Assembly: GCA_024743115.1 (NCBI GenBank)
Contig: JANSXC010000007.1
Location: forward strand, 59,771-123,770
Length of the DNA: 64,000 nucleotides
Direction: 5' to 3'
Source of the DNA: a bacterium
Lineage (GTDB): Bacteria > Planctomycetota > UBA1135 > UBA2386
Made by a program: the position numbers and the translations under genes. Of this stretch, positions 1 through 10,054 are shown in pieces. The notes below the pieces were generated by a model. That model worked only from the letters and a program-made list of their open reading frames with translations. It ran no database searches and had not been told where the DNA came from. Every line of letters starts with the position of its first letter. Position 1 is the first letter of the stretch.

Positions 1-2
1 GC

Positions 3-3000
3 AGCAGCGGCGGCCCACCGGTCACCCCGGCGCCGGCCCGCCCGGACAGCATGACCGGGCCGACGATCGACCCGTTGCCGTTGTTCACGACCGAGGCCGC
101 GATCACGGTCCGCGGGCGCACTCTCATCGCGGGCAGCAGCCTGCTCGTGCAGGGTGGCGTCGCGGATCAGGTCCTCGGGCCGTTCGATGCCCGCGCATTC
201 GAGTTCTCGTTGCCGCTGCGGGAAAACCGCATGAACCGGATCGTTCTGACCGAGCTGTTTGCGGATGGTACGAGGAGCCCCGCGGCGACGGCGGACATCG
301 TGCAGGATCGCCGCGCGCCGACGCTGCAGATCGACCTGCCCGCGGACCAGAGCACGGTCTTCACGGATCGGATCCAGGTTCTCGGGCGCGTCGCGGACAC
401 GCTGACCGGGCAGTTCGAACTCACGGTTGACGTCAACGGGCAGCCGGCGACCGTCTATCGTGGTCTCGGCACCAACGGTACGTTTCGCCTCGACGATCTG
501 CAGCTGCCCGCCGGCACCCCGACCGAGATCATCGTGCAGGCGCGCGACGCCGCCGGCAACGTCGCCGAGGCGCGCGTCACGACCACGTTCATGCCGCCGA
601 ACGGGAACCGCGTCATGCCCATCTCGGGCAACCTCCAGGAAGCGGAGATCCACCGCACGTTGCCGGAACCGCTCGTCGTACAGACCTTGCGACCCGACGG
701 TTCACCACTCGTCGGCAAGGTCGTCCGCTTCGCGGTCACGCGCAGTGACGGTCGGCTCGCGACCACTCCGGGCCAGCCCGGCACCAACGATCTGAGCCTC
801 GTAACCGACGCCTCCGGTTTCGCGAGCGCCTACCTGACGCTCGGCAGCGATGCCGGCTCGGCCAACAACCGCGTCGTCGTCACGAGCAAGGACCTCAACG
901 GCGCGGTCACGTTCCTCGCGTCGGCACTGCCCGGCCCCCCGACTCAGATCAACGTGTCGGACGGTGATGCGCAGGTCGTCGCCGCCGGCGGCCCCGCACT
1001 GCAGACGCTGCGCGCGTGGGTCAGCGACGGCTGCAACGGCGTCGCTGGTGTGCCCGTGCGGTTCTCGGTCCTGCGCGGCGCCGGCAGGCTATCGAGCGCG
1101 ACGGAGTTCGGACTCGAAGCCGTCACCGTCGACACGGGCCCGACCGGGCACGCCGACGTGACGCTCACGACGGGCGAGTTCGCGGGCCTCAACGAGATCG
1201 TCGCCGATTTCGTCGGCAACCCGGGCGCGACCGCCGTCTTCACCGTGACGGGCCTCGCCACGGACCACGCGACGGCGTCGTTCGTCGGCACGGTCACCGA
1301 CAACTCGTGCCAACCGATCGAAGGTGCGACGTGCGTCCTGAAGTTCACGGGCGGCGCGGAAGTCACGACGACCAGCGATGCGGCCGGCCACTTCACCCTC
1401 GGCGACCTCCCCGCGACCGGCGCCGCCGACCTCTACGTCCACGGCGACACGGCCATCCGCGTCGGTGACCGACCGATCCAGGCGTCGACGCTGCGATTCC
1501 CGGATCTGCACTACGAGGTCGTGGTCGTCGATCGCGCGGAGAACAGCCTGCCCGCCGAGGTCAAACTGCCGCGACTCGACCCGCAGAACGACGTCAGCTA
1601 CGACGGCACGCAGGACGTGACCCTGACCTGCGCCGGGATCGAAGGGCTGCAGATGATCATTCGCGCCGGCTCGATGACGCTGCCCGACGGCACGCGCCCG
1701 AGTCAGACTGCGCCCACAGTGCTCGCGATCAACCAGGTGCACCACGACGAACTGCCGATGGTGATTCCCGACGGCGCAGCCCCACCGTTCGCATGGACCC
1801 TGCAACCGGCCGGCGCCCTGTTCGATCCGCCGATCGAGATCCGCTATCCCAACATGAGCGGACTGCCCGCCGGCGCGGTCACGAACTTCCTGAGCTTCGA
1901 TCACGACACGGGTCAGTTCGAGATCGTCGCGACCGGGCTCGTGAGTCCCGACGGCGCAGACATCGTCAGCGAGCCGAACTCGGGTTTGACGGTCTCGGGC
2001 TGGGGCTGCAACTGCCCGCCCTACGCGGTCACGGGCGACTGCCAGAACTGCTTCGACGTCGCGGTCGTCTTGTTCCAGGGCGGCCCGGGCAGCTTCAACT
2101 CCAGCCCGAGCGTCGGCTCGGGTCTTCGCACGATGGCAGCCGGTATTCGCAACCTCGACCCGCAACGCATCACCACTGAGGTCATCGGATCGAGCGGCAG
2201 CCTCACGGGTGGTGACGCCACCGAACAGCTCACCGCCGCGACCCAGTGGCTCGCGAGCCTCGAGAGCCCCGATTGCCCGAAGCCGAAGGTTGCGCTGATA
2301 GGCCACAGCCTGGGAGGTGACACGGTCCGGTTCAGTGACGGAATCATGGCCGACGTACGCGTCGCTCTCGATCCGATCACGCGTGCCGACTCGCTGAACT
2401 TCCCCGCCAACTGCGTCTACTATCAGCGTGGCTTCCCCGAGGTCGCCGCGCCGTCCAATACGTACAACTTCCTCGCCACCGGCTTCACCGGCTCGAGGCT
2501 GCAGTATTGCATCGGCTTCGGCTGCATCGATTTCACCTGCCTCCGCGGCTACCGCATGTCGGGAACGACGCTGCAGGCCGTCATCGCCAACACCGACCAC
2601 TCGTCGATCGTGCCGGCGGTACAGGACAACGTCGAAACCCTGGTCGGTGACCTGCTGCCCACACCGTTCTCGGGGGACGGCCCCACCGCATTCCTCGACG
2701 AGTCATTCACGCTCACGGTCGGCGGCCGCAGCCTGCAGCTCGGCGCCGACGGGTTCTTCCACATCCAGAACATCCCGGCCCCGGACGCGTTCGGCGCCGG
2801 CGGGCCGGGCACCGCGCCGGACTTCCTCAGTGACGACTACCTGCGGGTCACGGGCAACGGCACCTTCCAGGGCGCGCCGTGCTACGTCTTCAGCGAGCCG
2901 TTCCAGATCCGCCAGGGTCGCACGACCGTGCTGAACGACCTGACGTTCACGTCGACACCGCCGCCGATGCCGACCCGCCTCGCGCTGTCGCTCGATCGTC

Positions 3001-4721
3001 CCGCACTGACGTCCCAGTTCCCGACCGCCAACGCCCAGGTGTTGGCTACGCTGCCCGACGGTTCGATCCGTGACTTCACGCAACGTACCGACTGGACGAT
3101 CTATCGCACCAGCGATCCCGCGGTCGCGACGGTCGGCGAAAACGGGCTCGTGACGGCCGTCGGGGACGGCGTCGCGGTGATCACCGCGACGAACGAGGGC
3201 GTCTCCTCGGTCGCGCGCATTGAGGTGCGTCTCGACGCGCAGCTCACGACCGTCGTTGGCTTCGCGCAACTGCCGGACGGCACGCCGGTCGTCGGCGCCA
3301 GCCTCGCCGTGATCGGCCAGGGGGCGACCGGCACGAGCGGCAATGATGGCCGCTTCGAGATCCCGAACGTGCTCGCAACGCAGGGCAGCATTGCCCTGCT
3401 CGCGACCGCGACGGTCGGCGGCAACCAGCTGCGCGGCTCGACGGGGCAGCTGACGACGATCCCGGAGGGCTTCACGGACGCGGGCATCGTCACGCTCGCC
3501 GAAGCGTCGTCCGCGGGCACCGATTTCCTGCTCGCGTTCCCCGCGAACTACGACACGACTCCGGCGCTGCGCATCTTCATCGCGGGCGAGATCGCGACGT
3601 TCGGGCAGGTGCAGATCCCCGGGCTGGGCTTCCTCGACTCGTTCCAGATCACGCCGGGCGTGCCGACGACGATCGAGATTCCGAGCGCCGCGGAACTCAC
3701 GCCGACGGACGGCATCGAGCCGCGCGGCATCTTCATCACGACCGGCGAGCCGGTCTGCGTCTACGGCCTCAGCCGGATTCCGTTCACGACCGATGCCTAC
3801 TCCGCGCTGCCGATCGCCGCGTTCGGCACCGAGTACCGCCTCGCGTCCTACGACGCGCTCGGCACGACCCGGACCTCGACGCAGTTCGCGGTGGCGGCGC
3901 CATTCAACGCCACGACCGTGACCATCACGCCCAGCACGGCATTCAACAACTACCCGGCCAACCAGCCCTACACGGTGACGTTGCAAGCCGGTGAGGTCTA
4001 TCAACTCGCCGCGCGGAGCGGTGACGTCACCGGCACGCTCGTCACGGCAGACCAGCCGATCGGCGTGTTCGGCTCCCACCGCTGTGCCAACGTGCCGTCC
4101 AACGCGGCCTACTGCGATCACCTCGTCGAGATGCTGCCGCCAGTGGCAACCTGGGGCACGCAGGTCCACGCGGTGAGCCTCGGCGGCCGGCAGAACGGCG
4201 ACACGTTCCGGATCCTCGCGAAGGACCCGGCCACCACCGTCACGGTCAGCGGCACGACGCCGCTGACTACGACGCTCCAGGCCGGCGAGTTCCACGAGGC
4301 CGTACTCGATGGCACCAACACGATTTCGGCTACGGGGCCGATCATGGTGCTGCAGTACGCCAACGGCGGCTCGTTCGACGGGCGCGAAGGCGATCCGTTC
4401 ATGATGCTCCTGCCGTGGCAGGAACAGTTCCAGTCGCGCTATACGTTCACGACCCCGGCCTCGGGCTTCGCCAACCACTGGGTCAACGTGATCGCGCCGA
4501 CGAGCGTCGCTGGCACGGGCGGCGTCCTGCTGGACGGCACCCCGATCGACGCGACCGCGTTCAGCCCGATCAGCACGAGCGGCTGGTCCGGCGCGCGGAT
4601 TCCGATCGGCGCCGGCTCCCATACGCTGGTGAGTCCCACGCCAGTCGGAATCTATGTCTACGGCTGGAACGACGACGACAGCTATGGTTACCCCGGCGGC
4701 ATGAAGCTCTCACGGCAGTGA
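3..4721 (+). CDS. Very large multidomain cell-surface protein: Big_1-like Ig repeats, CarboxypepD_reg-like beta-sandwiches, embedded alpha/beta-hydrolase (lipase-like) domain, Big_2-like domain, C-terminal IgGFc-binding-N-terminal-like module. The 5' end is probably outside the window.
   Basis: Track ORF 51..4721 (1556 aa). The frame stays open back to nt 3 (SSGGPPVTPAPARPDS before M51) and no signal peptide follows M51, so the true start is likely upstream. Motifs read in the translation: VALIGHSLGGDTV (GxSxG elbow, about nt 2290-2330), VATVGENGLVTAVGDGVAVITATNEGVSSVARIEV (Big_2-like), GTDFLLAFPANYD (start of the C-terminal module). Confidence 0.8.
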   Translation, partial: SSGGPPVTPAPARPDSMTGPTIDPLPLFTTEAAITVRGRTLIAGSSLLVQGGVADQVLGPFDARAFEFSLPLRENRMNRIVLTELFADGTRSPAATADIVQDRRAPTLQIDLPADQSTVFTDRIQVLGRVADTLTGQFELTVDVNGQPATVYRGLGTNGTFRLDDLQLPAGTPTEIIVQARDAAGNVAEARVTTTFMPPNGNRVMPISGNLQEAEIHRTLPEPLVVQTLRPDGSPLVGKVVRFAVTRSDGRLATTPGQPGTNDLSLVTDASGFASAYLTLGSDAGSANNRVVVTSKDLNGAVTFLASALPGPPTQINVSDGDAQVVAAGGPALQTLRAWVSDGCNGVAGVPVRFSVLRGAGRLSSATEFGLEAVTVDTGPTGHADVTLTTGEFAGLNEIVADFVGNPGATAVFTVTGLATDHATASFVGTVTDNSCQPIEGATCVLKFTGGAEVTTTSDAAGHFTLGDLPATGAADLYVHGDTAIRVGDRPIQASTLRFPDLHYEVVVVDRAENSLPAEVKLPRLDPQNDVSYDGTQDVTLTCAGIEGLQMIIRAGSMTLPDGTRPSQTAPTVLAINQVHHDELPMVIPDGAAPPFAWTLQPAGALFDPPIEIRYPNMSGLPAGAVTNFLSFDHDTGQFEIVATGLVSPDGADIVSEPNSGLTVSGWGCNCPPYAVTGDCQNCFDVAVVLFQGGPGSFNSSPSVGSGLRTMAAGIRNLDPQRITTEVIGSSGSLTGGDATEQLTAATQWLASLESPDCPKPKVALIGHSLGGDTVRFSDGIMADVRVALDPITRADSLNFPANCVYYQRGFPEVAAPSNTYNFLATGFTGSRLQYCIGFGCIDFTCLRGYRMSGTTLQAVIANTDHSSIVPAVQDNVETLVGDLLPTPFSGDGPTAFLDESFTLTVGGRSLQLGADGFFHIQNIPAPDAFGAGGPGTAPDFLSDDYLRVTGNGTFQGAPCYVFSEPFQIRQGRTTVLNDLTFTSTPPPMPTRLALSLDRPALTSQFPTANAQVLATLPDGSIRDFTQRTDWTIYRTSDPAVATVGENGLVTAVGDGVAVITATNEGVSSVARIEVRLDAQLTTVVGFAQLPDGTPVVGASLAVIGQGATGTSGNDGRFEIPNVLATQGSIALLATATVGGNQLRGSTGQLTTIPEGFTDAGIVTLAEASSAGTDFLLAFPANYDTTPALRIFIAGEIATFGQVQIPGLGFLDSFQITPGVPTTIEIPSAAELTPTDGIEPRGIFITTGEPVCVYGLSRIPFTTDAYSALPIAAFGTEYRLASYDALGTTRTSTQFAVAAPFNATTVTITPSTAFNNYPANQPYTVTLQAGEVYQLAARSGDVTGTLVTADQPIGVFGSHRCANVPSNAAYCDHLVEMLPPVATWGTQVHAVSLGGRQNGDTFRILAKDPATTVTVSGTTPLTTTLQAGEFHEAVLDGTNTISATGPIMVLQYANGGSFDGREGDPFMMLLPWQEQFQSRYTFTTPASGFANHWVNVIAPTSVAGTGGVLLDGTPIDATAFSPISTSGWSGARIPIGAGSHTLVSPTPVGIYVYGWNDDDSYGYPGGMKLSRQ

Positions 4722-4744
4722 GGTCGGGGCCCACGCGGCGGGGC

Positions 4745-4763
4745 GGGGCCAGCGCGCTGGCCC
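4745..4763. terminator. GC-rich palindromic hairpin between convergent genes (candidate bidirectional terminator, no U-tract)
   Basis: GGGCCAGCG/CGCTGGCCC is a perfect inverted repeat, 24 nt after the + gene stop and touching the stop codon of the minus-strand kinase gene. Confidence 0.4.
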
Positions 4764-7303
4764 TACTTGCCGCCGCTGCGGATCCGCGCCGCGAAGGCCT
4801 CCGCATCGGGGGCACCCGCCTCGCGCAGATGCCGCACCAGCTGACCCAGGATCCACTGGGTCTCGGGGTGGCCATCACCGAAGAGCTGCGCGTGGATCGA
4901 ACAGGCCTTGCGGTAGTTCGCGATGCACTCGTCCCGCTTACCGAGCTCGCGATAGATCGTCGCCATCGCGTGATACGACTGCCCGATCGCCTCGTCGAGT
5001 TCCGGCATGATCTTCTGCCGCATGACGAGGGCCTCCTGCAACAGCTCGAGCGCGCGCTCGTAGTTGCCGACATCGCGCTCGATCGTGCCGAGGTTGTGTG
5101 TCTGGGTCGCCACCTCACGCGTCCCCGGACCATAGAAGGTCTCGAACACCGCCTTGGCTTCCTCGTAGTGCTGGCGTGCGATCTCCGGCTGCTTCTGATC
5201 CGCCGCGATCAAGCCGAGCATGCTGAGACAGAAGCCCGCAGCATGATGGTGTTCGCCGAACACTCGCCGCGACAGATCGAGCGCCGCCTCGATACTGGCG
5301 CGCGCTTTCTCGACCTCGCCTGCCATGTGATGCGCGTTGCCGATCGCGTGCATCAGTTCCGGCAACCGACTGCTCTGCGGTCCGAAGAGCCCACGCCGCA
5401 GCTCCACGGCCCGCCCGAGCTCGCGCAGCGCCGTTTCGTGATCGGCCTGCCACATCGCGAGGAGGCCGAGACTCTGGTAGCTGTTCGCCAGATCGAGTTC
5501 GTTGTCGGGCAGCGCCCGACGCAGACGCAGCGCCCGTTCGTGCAGTTCCTCGGCCTGCACGAAATCGCCGACGTCGCGCCGCGCGCGCCCGATCAGATCG
5601 ATCGCCTCGGCCGCCGCGCGCCCCTCACCCTCCCCGGCCGCTGCGAGTGTCGCCAACGACTGACGGTAGAGCTTTTCCGCGGTCGCCGCATCGTCCTCGA
5701 AATGATGCAGTTCCCCGAGCAGGCGCTCGTTCTCCGCGATCGCCAGCGGCGGCGAGCCGATCTCGCGGTGCAGCTTCGCGGCATCCCCGAGCAGGGCCCG
5801 GGCCCGATCATAGACACCGAGGTGCTGGTAGACGCGCGCCATGGTCGTCATCAGGCTCGCGCGGATTGCGGGTTCGCCCGCGAGCTCGACCACGATGCGC
5901 CGGTAACCCTGATCGAGGAGCTCGCGAGCCGTGATCGTCGAACCGCGATACTCGCTGCCGTCGGCAACCTTGAACAGCTCGATCAAGAACTCGGCAACGC
6001 GCTGAGCCGTCGTCGACTCGCGCCGGGCGATCTGCTCCGCGCTGTCTGCCGCCCGCCGGTTCTGCTCGGACAGAACCGCGAACCAGACCGACGCCCCGGC
6101 GATCAGGAACAGCGCGGCCGACAGGCCCGCGGCCACCGGCTCACGCCGCGTCCAGCGCGCGAGCCGCTGCCAGATCGTCGGCCGCCGCGCCAGAATCGGT
6201 TCGTGCTCCCGCACCCGTCGCAAGTCATCGGCGAACGCCTGCGCCGTCTCGTAGCGCCCGTCACGCTCGGTCGCCATGGCGGTCTGCACGACGATCGCGA
6301 GGTCGGCAGGGACGTGACGGTTACAGCGCTCGACGGCGACCGGGCGTCCCGCGAGGATCCGTTGATAGAGTTGTTCGCGCGTCGGCGCTTCGAACGGATG
6401 CCGCCCAGCAAGGCTTTCGTAGAGCGACACGCCGAGCGAATACACATCGGTGCGGCGATCGATCGGACCACCGCCACCGCTGATCTGTTCTGGCGACATG
6501 TAGGCCGGCGTGCCGAGCTGGTCACCGGATGCCGTCAACGTGTCGCCCGTGCTCTGCTCGGGCCGCGCCAACCCAAAGTCGAGCACCACGGGTTCGCCGT
6601 CCTCGTCGATCATGATGTTGCCGGGCTTCACGTCCCGGTGCAGCACGCCCGATTCGTGCGCGGCATGCAGCGCCCGCGCGATCTTCTCGAACCGCTCGAC
6701 CGTCGCAGCCAGATCGGCCTTCGTCGCGTTGGCGAACGGCGTCGAGTCGGGATCCGCTCGCGCCTCTCGCAGATGCGATCCGAGGGTTCGACCCTGCACG
6801 TAGCGCATCGCGACGAATGGCGTGCCGTCGATCTCCCCGGCCTCGTACACCGTGCAGATGCCCGGGTGATCGAGCCGCGCCACGGCCTCGACCTCGCGCT
6901 TGAAGCGCGCCCGCGCCTTGTCGAAGTGCAGCAGGTCGGGACGGATCAGCTTGAGTGCGACGCTGCGGTCGGTGCCGTCCTGTCGCGCGAGATGAACGAC
7001 GCCCATCCCGCCCTGCCCGAGTGTTGCGATCAATTCGAAACGACCGAAGCGCTGCGGCGTCGATCGTTCGGTCTTCGTGCCAACTGTCGGCGACAACCCG
7101 GCACCAGTGGATATCTCGCGCTCAACGAGCCCGGCGCGTTCGAGAACCGCGAATCGCCGCCGCAACTCGTCCGCCAGCTCAGGAGATCTCTCGCAGCTGC
7201 GTTCGACTGCCGCCCGCCATTCATCGGACGGTCCGGCGAGGCAAGCTTCCAGCAACCGCTCGACCGCGTCGAGATCACCGGAATCGTGGTCCGATTTGCT
7301 CAC
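4763..7303 (-). CDS. Hanks-type Ser/Thr protein kinase with one TM helix and a C-terminal TPR repeat domain
   Basis: Kinase motifs: GQGGMGVVHLARQ (Gly loop), VALKLIRP (VAIK Lys), HRDVKPGNIMI, LDFGLARP (DFG), YMSPEQ. These are followed by a TM segment (AAGLSAALFLIAGASVWFAVL) and about 470 aa of TPR-like helical repeats. The track ORF runs to 7621, but that part is Arg/Ser/Cys-rich and overlaps the upstream gene. GTG at 7303 gives VSKSDHDSGDLDAVERLLEA. Confidence 0.9.
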   Translation of the reverse strand: MSKSDHDSGDLDAVERLLEACLAGPSDEWRAAVERSCERSPELADELRRRFAVLERAGLVEREISTGAGLSPTVGTKTERSTPQRFGRFELIATLGQGGMGVVHLARQDGTDRSVALKLIRPDLLHFDKARARFKREVEAVARLDHPGICTVYEAGEIDGTPFVAMRYVQGRTLGSHLREARADPDSTPFANATKADLAATVERFEKIARALHAAHESGVLHRDVKPGNIMIDEDGEPVVLDFGLARPEQSTGDTLTASGDQLGTPAYMSPEQISGGGGPIDRRTDVYSLGVSLYESLAGRHPFEAPTREQLYQRILAGRPVAVERCNRHVPADLAIVVQTAMATERDGRYETAQAFADDLRRVREHEPILARRPTIWQRLARWTRREPVAAGLSAALFLIAGASVWFAVLSEQNRRAADSAEQIARRESTTAQRVAEFLIELFKVADGSEYRGSTITARELLDQGYRRIVVELAGEPAIRASLMTTMARVYQHLGVYDRARALLGDAAKLHREIGSPPLAIAENERLLGELHHFEDDAATAEKLYRQSLATLAAAGEGEGRAAAEAIDLIGRARRDVGDFVQAEELHERALRLRRALPDNELDLANSYQSLGLLAMWQADHETALRELGRAVELRRGLFGPQSSRLPELMHAIGNAHHMAGEVEKARASIEAALDLSRRVFGEHHHAAGFCLSMLGLIAADQKQPEIARQHYEEAKAVFETFYGPGTREVATQTHNLGTIERDVGNYERALELLQEALVMRQKIMPELDEAIGQSYHAMATIYRELGKRDECIANYRKACSIHAQLFGDGHPETQWILGQLVRHLREAGAPDAEAFAARIRSGGK

Positions 7304-7334
7304 CCGCGGACGGTAGCCGCGTTCGAGGGCGGCC

Positions 7335-9941
7335 TCAAGCCGCGCCGCGCTCCAGCCGGGCGCGTCGTCGCTGCCGCCGCCACAGCCGCAGCAGCACAAC
7401 GACGAGCACCACGACGACGAACGCGATGCCCACCTGCGCCCAAGCCGCGATGCGAACGATCTTGTGCACGAGCGAGGCGTGCGCATCGCCATCGACGGGC
7501 ACCGCGTCGAGCATCGTCGCGACGTGGTGCAGCGCCGAGACCGCGAGATCGCCCTCGGGCAGAATCTGGTGACAGGCGATGCAGGTGCCTTCGCGTTCGA
7601 GCTTGGCGCGCTCCGTCGCATTGAGCGGCCGCGACAGCGACAGATGGTGCCCGACGGTCTGCAGTTGCTCGCCGTCCTCGGTCACGAAGCGCGACCAGAC
7701 GGCCGCCAGCCCGTTGACTCCGCCGACCTGCGGTTGCGCGTCGCCGGCGAGCAGGTTGCCGTCGCCGTCCATCAAATCGATGAAGTGATTCCGTGCCGGG
7801 TGAACGTCGTTCTTGCCCGCATCGATGCCGTAGCCCGCCGCCTTGGGGTTGCCGTGGCAGCTCTCGCAGCTGCGCGCCTCCTTCCGCGTCGTGTGCGGCT
7901 GCAGCGGCGAGTGATCGATGCCGACCTGGCCCTCGGCGCCGGCGCCTTCGACGCCAGGAATCCGGAACGCCTGGTTCTGCGCCAGCGCCTGACCGTCCTT
8001 CCCGATCACGGTCGCGGTCGTCTGACAGCCGGGCACACACGGCGCGATCCGTCCTTCGCCGTTGACCGCGAGAGCCGGATCCTCCCAGCGCAGATAGGCC
8101 CGCAGTTCGGTGATCTTGCCCGGGATGCGATGCGCCTCCGCACGCTCGGTGAACTCGCAGGTCGTCCCGTCCGGCAGGCTGTCGTGGCCGACCGCGACCC
8201 AGTCGAGTGGGTTCTCCGACGCGGAATAGTCGACCTTGATGTGACAGCCGTAGCACTGCGGCGCCCACGTAGCATGGCAGGCGTAACACTCCATGCGCTC
8301 CATGTGACGACCGACGTCGACCATTGCGACCCGCGCCTTCTTGGACAGCAGGTCTTGCTCCGCCATCGATTTCAGCGGAATGAGCTCGTGCACCGCACCA
8401 CTCGCGAGGTGCACGTGCAGCTTGTCGCCCTGGCGCACGACGTTGCCGAACGGATTGCCGCGCGCGGTCCGCACGTAGCCGTCACCTGGCGCAGGATGAT
8501 CACTGGCCTGCAGATAGTCCGGCAGTTCGTCGACGGTGCCGCGCGGCGCACCCGTCGCCGGCGTCTCGGCGTACTCGTCCATCGTGCCGAGCGGCAGTTC
8601 CCACGGGTACGCAGTCGGCGTGCCATGGCAATCCGTGCACTCGACCTCGACGGCCGCGGTAATCGCACCGATCAGCTGACCCGAACCGTGCACGTCGATC
8701 GACGTGTGACAGTCCTGGCACAGGAAGCCCTTGTCGGCGTGCAGGTCCGCGTGCAGCTTGCGGTAGTGCTTGCCGTGCAGCTTCTGCTGCGGCTTGCCAT
8801 CGGCCGCCCAAGGCGACGCGTACGGCGTTTCCATCAGGCCCTGGTACGAGACGCCGATGCGGCGACCGCGGTTGTGACACGTGGTGCAGGTCTCGACGGG
8901 AATGCCGGTCCAGGTGTGGCCGTTCGCCGTGACGGGCGCACCAACCCCGCCCTGGATCGAATGCACCAGCGGCTTGCCCGATCTACCCTTCTGAGTCGCG
9001 TCGGCCCCTTGATGCACACCGCTGTTGGCATAGGGCACGTGACACGCGCTACACCCGAGTCCACGCCAATCGCCATGCCGTTGTGCGCCGCCGACTGCGA
9101 GATGACAGCGCTGACACTCACCACGCAGATAGGTGAACGCCGCGAGCCGCGGATCGCTCTCGACCTGCTCCGGCGTCGGGGCCTTGGGCAGTTCCTGCAT
9201 GGCGGCGAGGAACACCTGCGGCTCCTTCTGCATCAGCTCGCGCATGTAGGCGTGGTGATCCGCGCTGCCGACCCGCTCGGACTCGGGCAGCGTCGCGACG
9301 TCGTAGTTCGCGAACTTGTGCTCATACCCGCTGAGCCCGCCAAAACCCCAGAGCGTGCCCTGGATCTTGCCGGCCTCCGTCATCATCAGGCTCTGCCACT
9401 GCGTCCGCACCTGCCACTCGTGGCACATGCCGCACGTGTGCTCATTGATCCACGGGCTGCCGGGGTCGGGATAGAACGCCTTCGGCCCCTGGTGATCGGC
9501 GTAGTAACTCGGCGTGCCCGAGTGCGCGCGCTCGGCAACCGCCAACCACTCCTTCGAATCTCGCGCCATTGCCGCGGTCGGCCGCGCGTCCGCGTCGCCG
9601 CCGTGACAAACGATGCAGCGATTGCGATGGCCGGCGGTCTCCGCGTGATCGAGGATCGCCTCGAACATGCCCGAATCCGGATTGCGGATCGCCTCGATGC
9701 CGTCGTGACAGATCAAGCACGAGTTGCTCGCGGCCCCCGGATCCTCGATCGCGGTCGCGCGCTTCGGCGCCGGATCGACGATGCGCCGACCACAACCAGG
9801 CTTGCTCGTGACATCCGGCGCCTGGGTAGCGGCAGCCGTGGCCGTCGTCACAGCCCTCGATTCGGACCCCGCCGCGGCACCGGGTTCGGCGCACGCGTGC
9901 CCGACACCGAACCACACGACGATCGCGAGGCACCACAGCAT
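7335..9941 (-). CDS. Multihaem c-type cytochrome (12 CXXCH) with N-terminal signal peptide and C-terminal TM anchor
   Basis: Twelve CXXCH motifs: CLICH, CIVCH, CGMCH, CQRCH, CSACH, CTTCH, CQDCH, CTDCH, CYACH, CYGCH, CESCH, CIACH. Signal peptide MLWCLAIVVWFGVGHACA. C-terminal IAFVVVVLVVVLLRLWRRQRRRAR. The track ORF 7335..11450 is over-extended into the upstream gene. Start taken at ATG 9941, with an alternative ATG at 9995. Confidence 0.9.
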   Translation of the reverse strand: MLWCLAIVVWFGVGHACAEPGAAAGSESRAVTTATAAATQAPDVTSKPGCGRRIVDPAPKRATAIEDPGAASNSCLICHDGIEAIRNPDSGMFEAILDHAETAGHRNRCIVCHGGDADARPTAAMARDSKEWLAVAERAHSGTPSYYADHQGPKAFYPDPGSPWINEHTCGMCHEWQVRTQWQSLMMTEAGKIQGTLWGFGGLSGYEHKFANYDVATLPESERVGSADHHAYMRELMQKEPQVFLAAMQELPKAPTPEQVESDPRLAAFTYLRGECQRCHLAVGGAQRHGDWRGLGCSACHVPYANSGVHQGADATQKGRSGKPLVHSIQGGVGAPVTANGHTWTGIPVETCTTCHNRGRRIGVSYQGLMETPYASPWAADGKPQQKLHGKHYRKLHADLHADKGFLCQDCHTSIDVHGSGQLIGAITAAVEVECTDCHGTPTAYPWELPLGTMDEYAETPATGAPRGTVDELPDYLQASDHPAPGDGYVRTARGNPFGNVVRQGDKLHVHLASGAVHELIPLKSMAEQDLLSKKARVAMVDVGRHMERMECYACHATWAPQCYGCHIKVDYSASENPLDWVAVGHDSLPDGTTCEFTERAEAHRIPGKITELRAYLRWEDPALAVNGEGRIAPCVPGCQTTATVIGKDGQALAQNQAFRIPGVEGAGAEGQVGIDHSPLQPHTTRKEARSCESCHGNPKAAGYGIDAGKNDVHPARNHFIDLMDGDGNLLAGDAQPQVGGVNGLAAVWSRFVTEDGEQLQTVGHHLSLSRPLNATERAKLEREGTCIACHQILPEGDLAVSALHHVATMLDAVPVDGDAHASLVHKIVRIAAWAQVGIAFVVVVLVVVLLRLWRRQRRRARLERGAA

Positions 9942-10054
9942 CGGGCGAGAACGAGGCCAGCGCACCGCGCCATGTTGCCCGCTCTGCCAGCCCATGCAAC
10001 GGCGGGCCGGAACACCTACCGCGATTCGGCGATCACGTTGCGAGACCGACCGCC

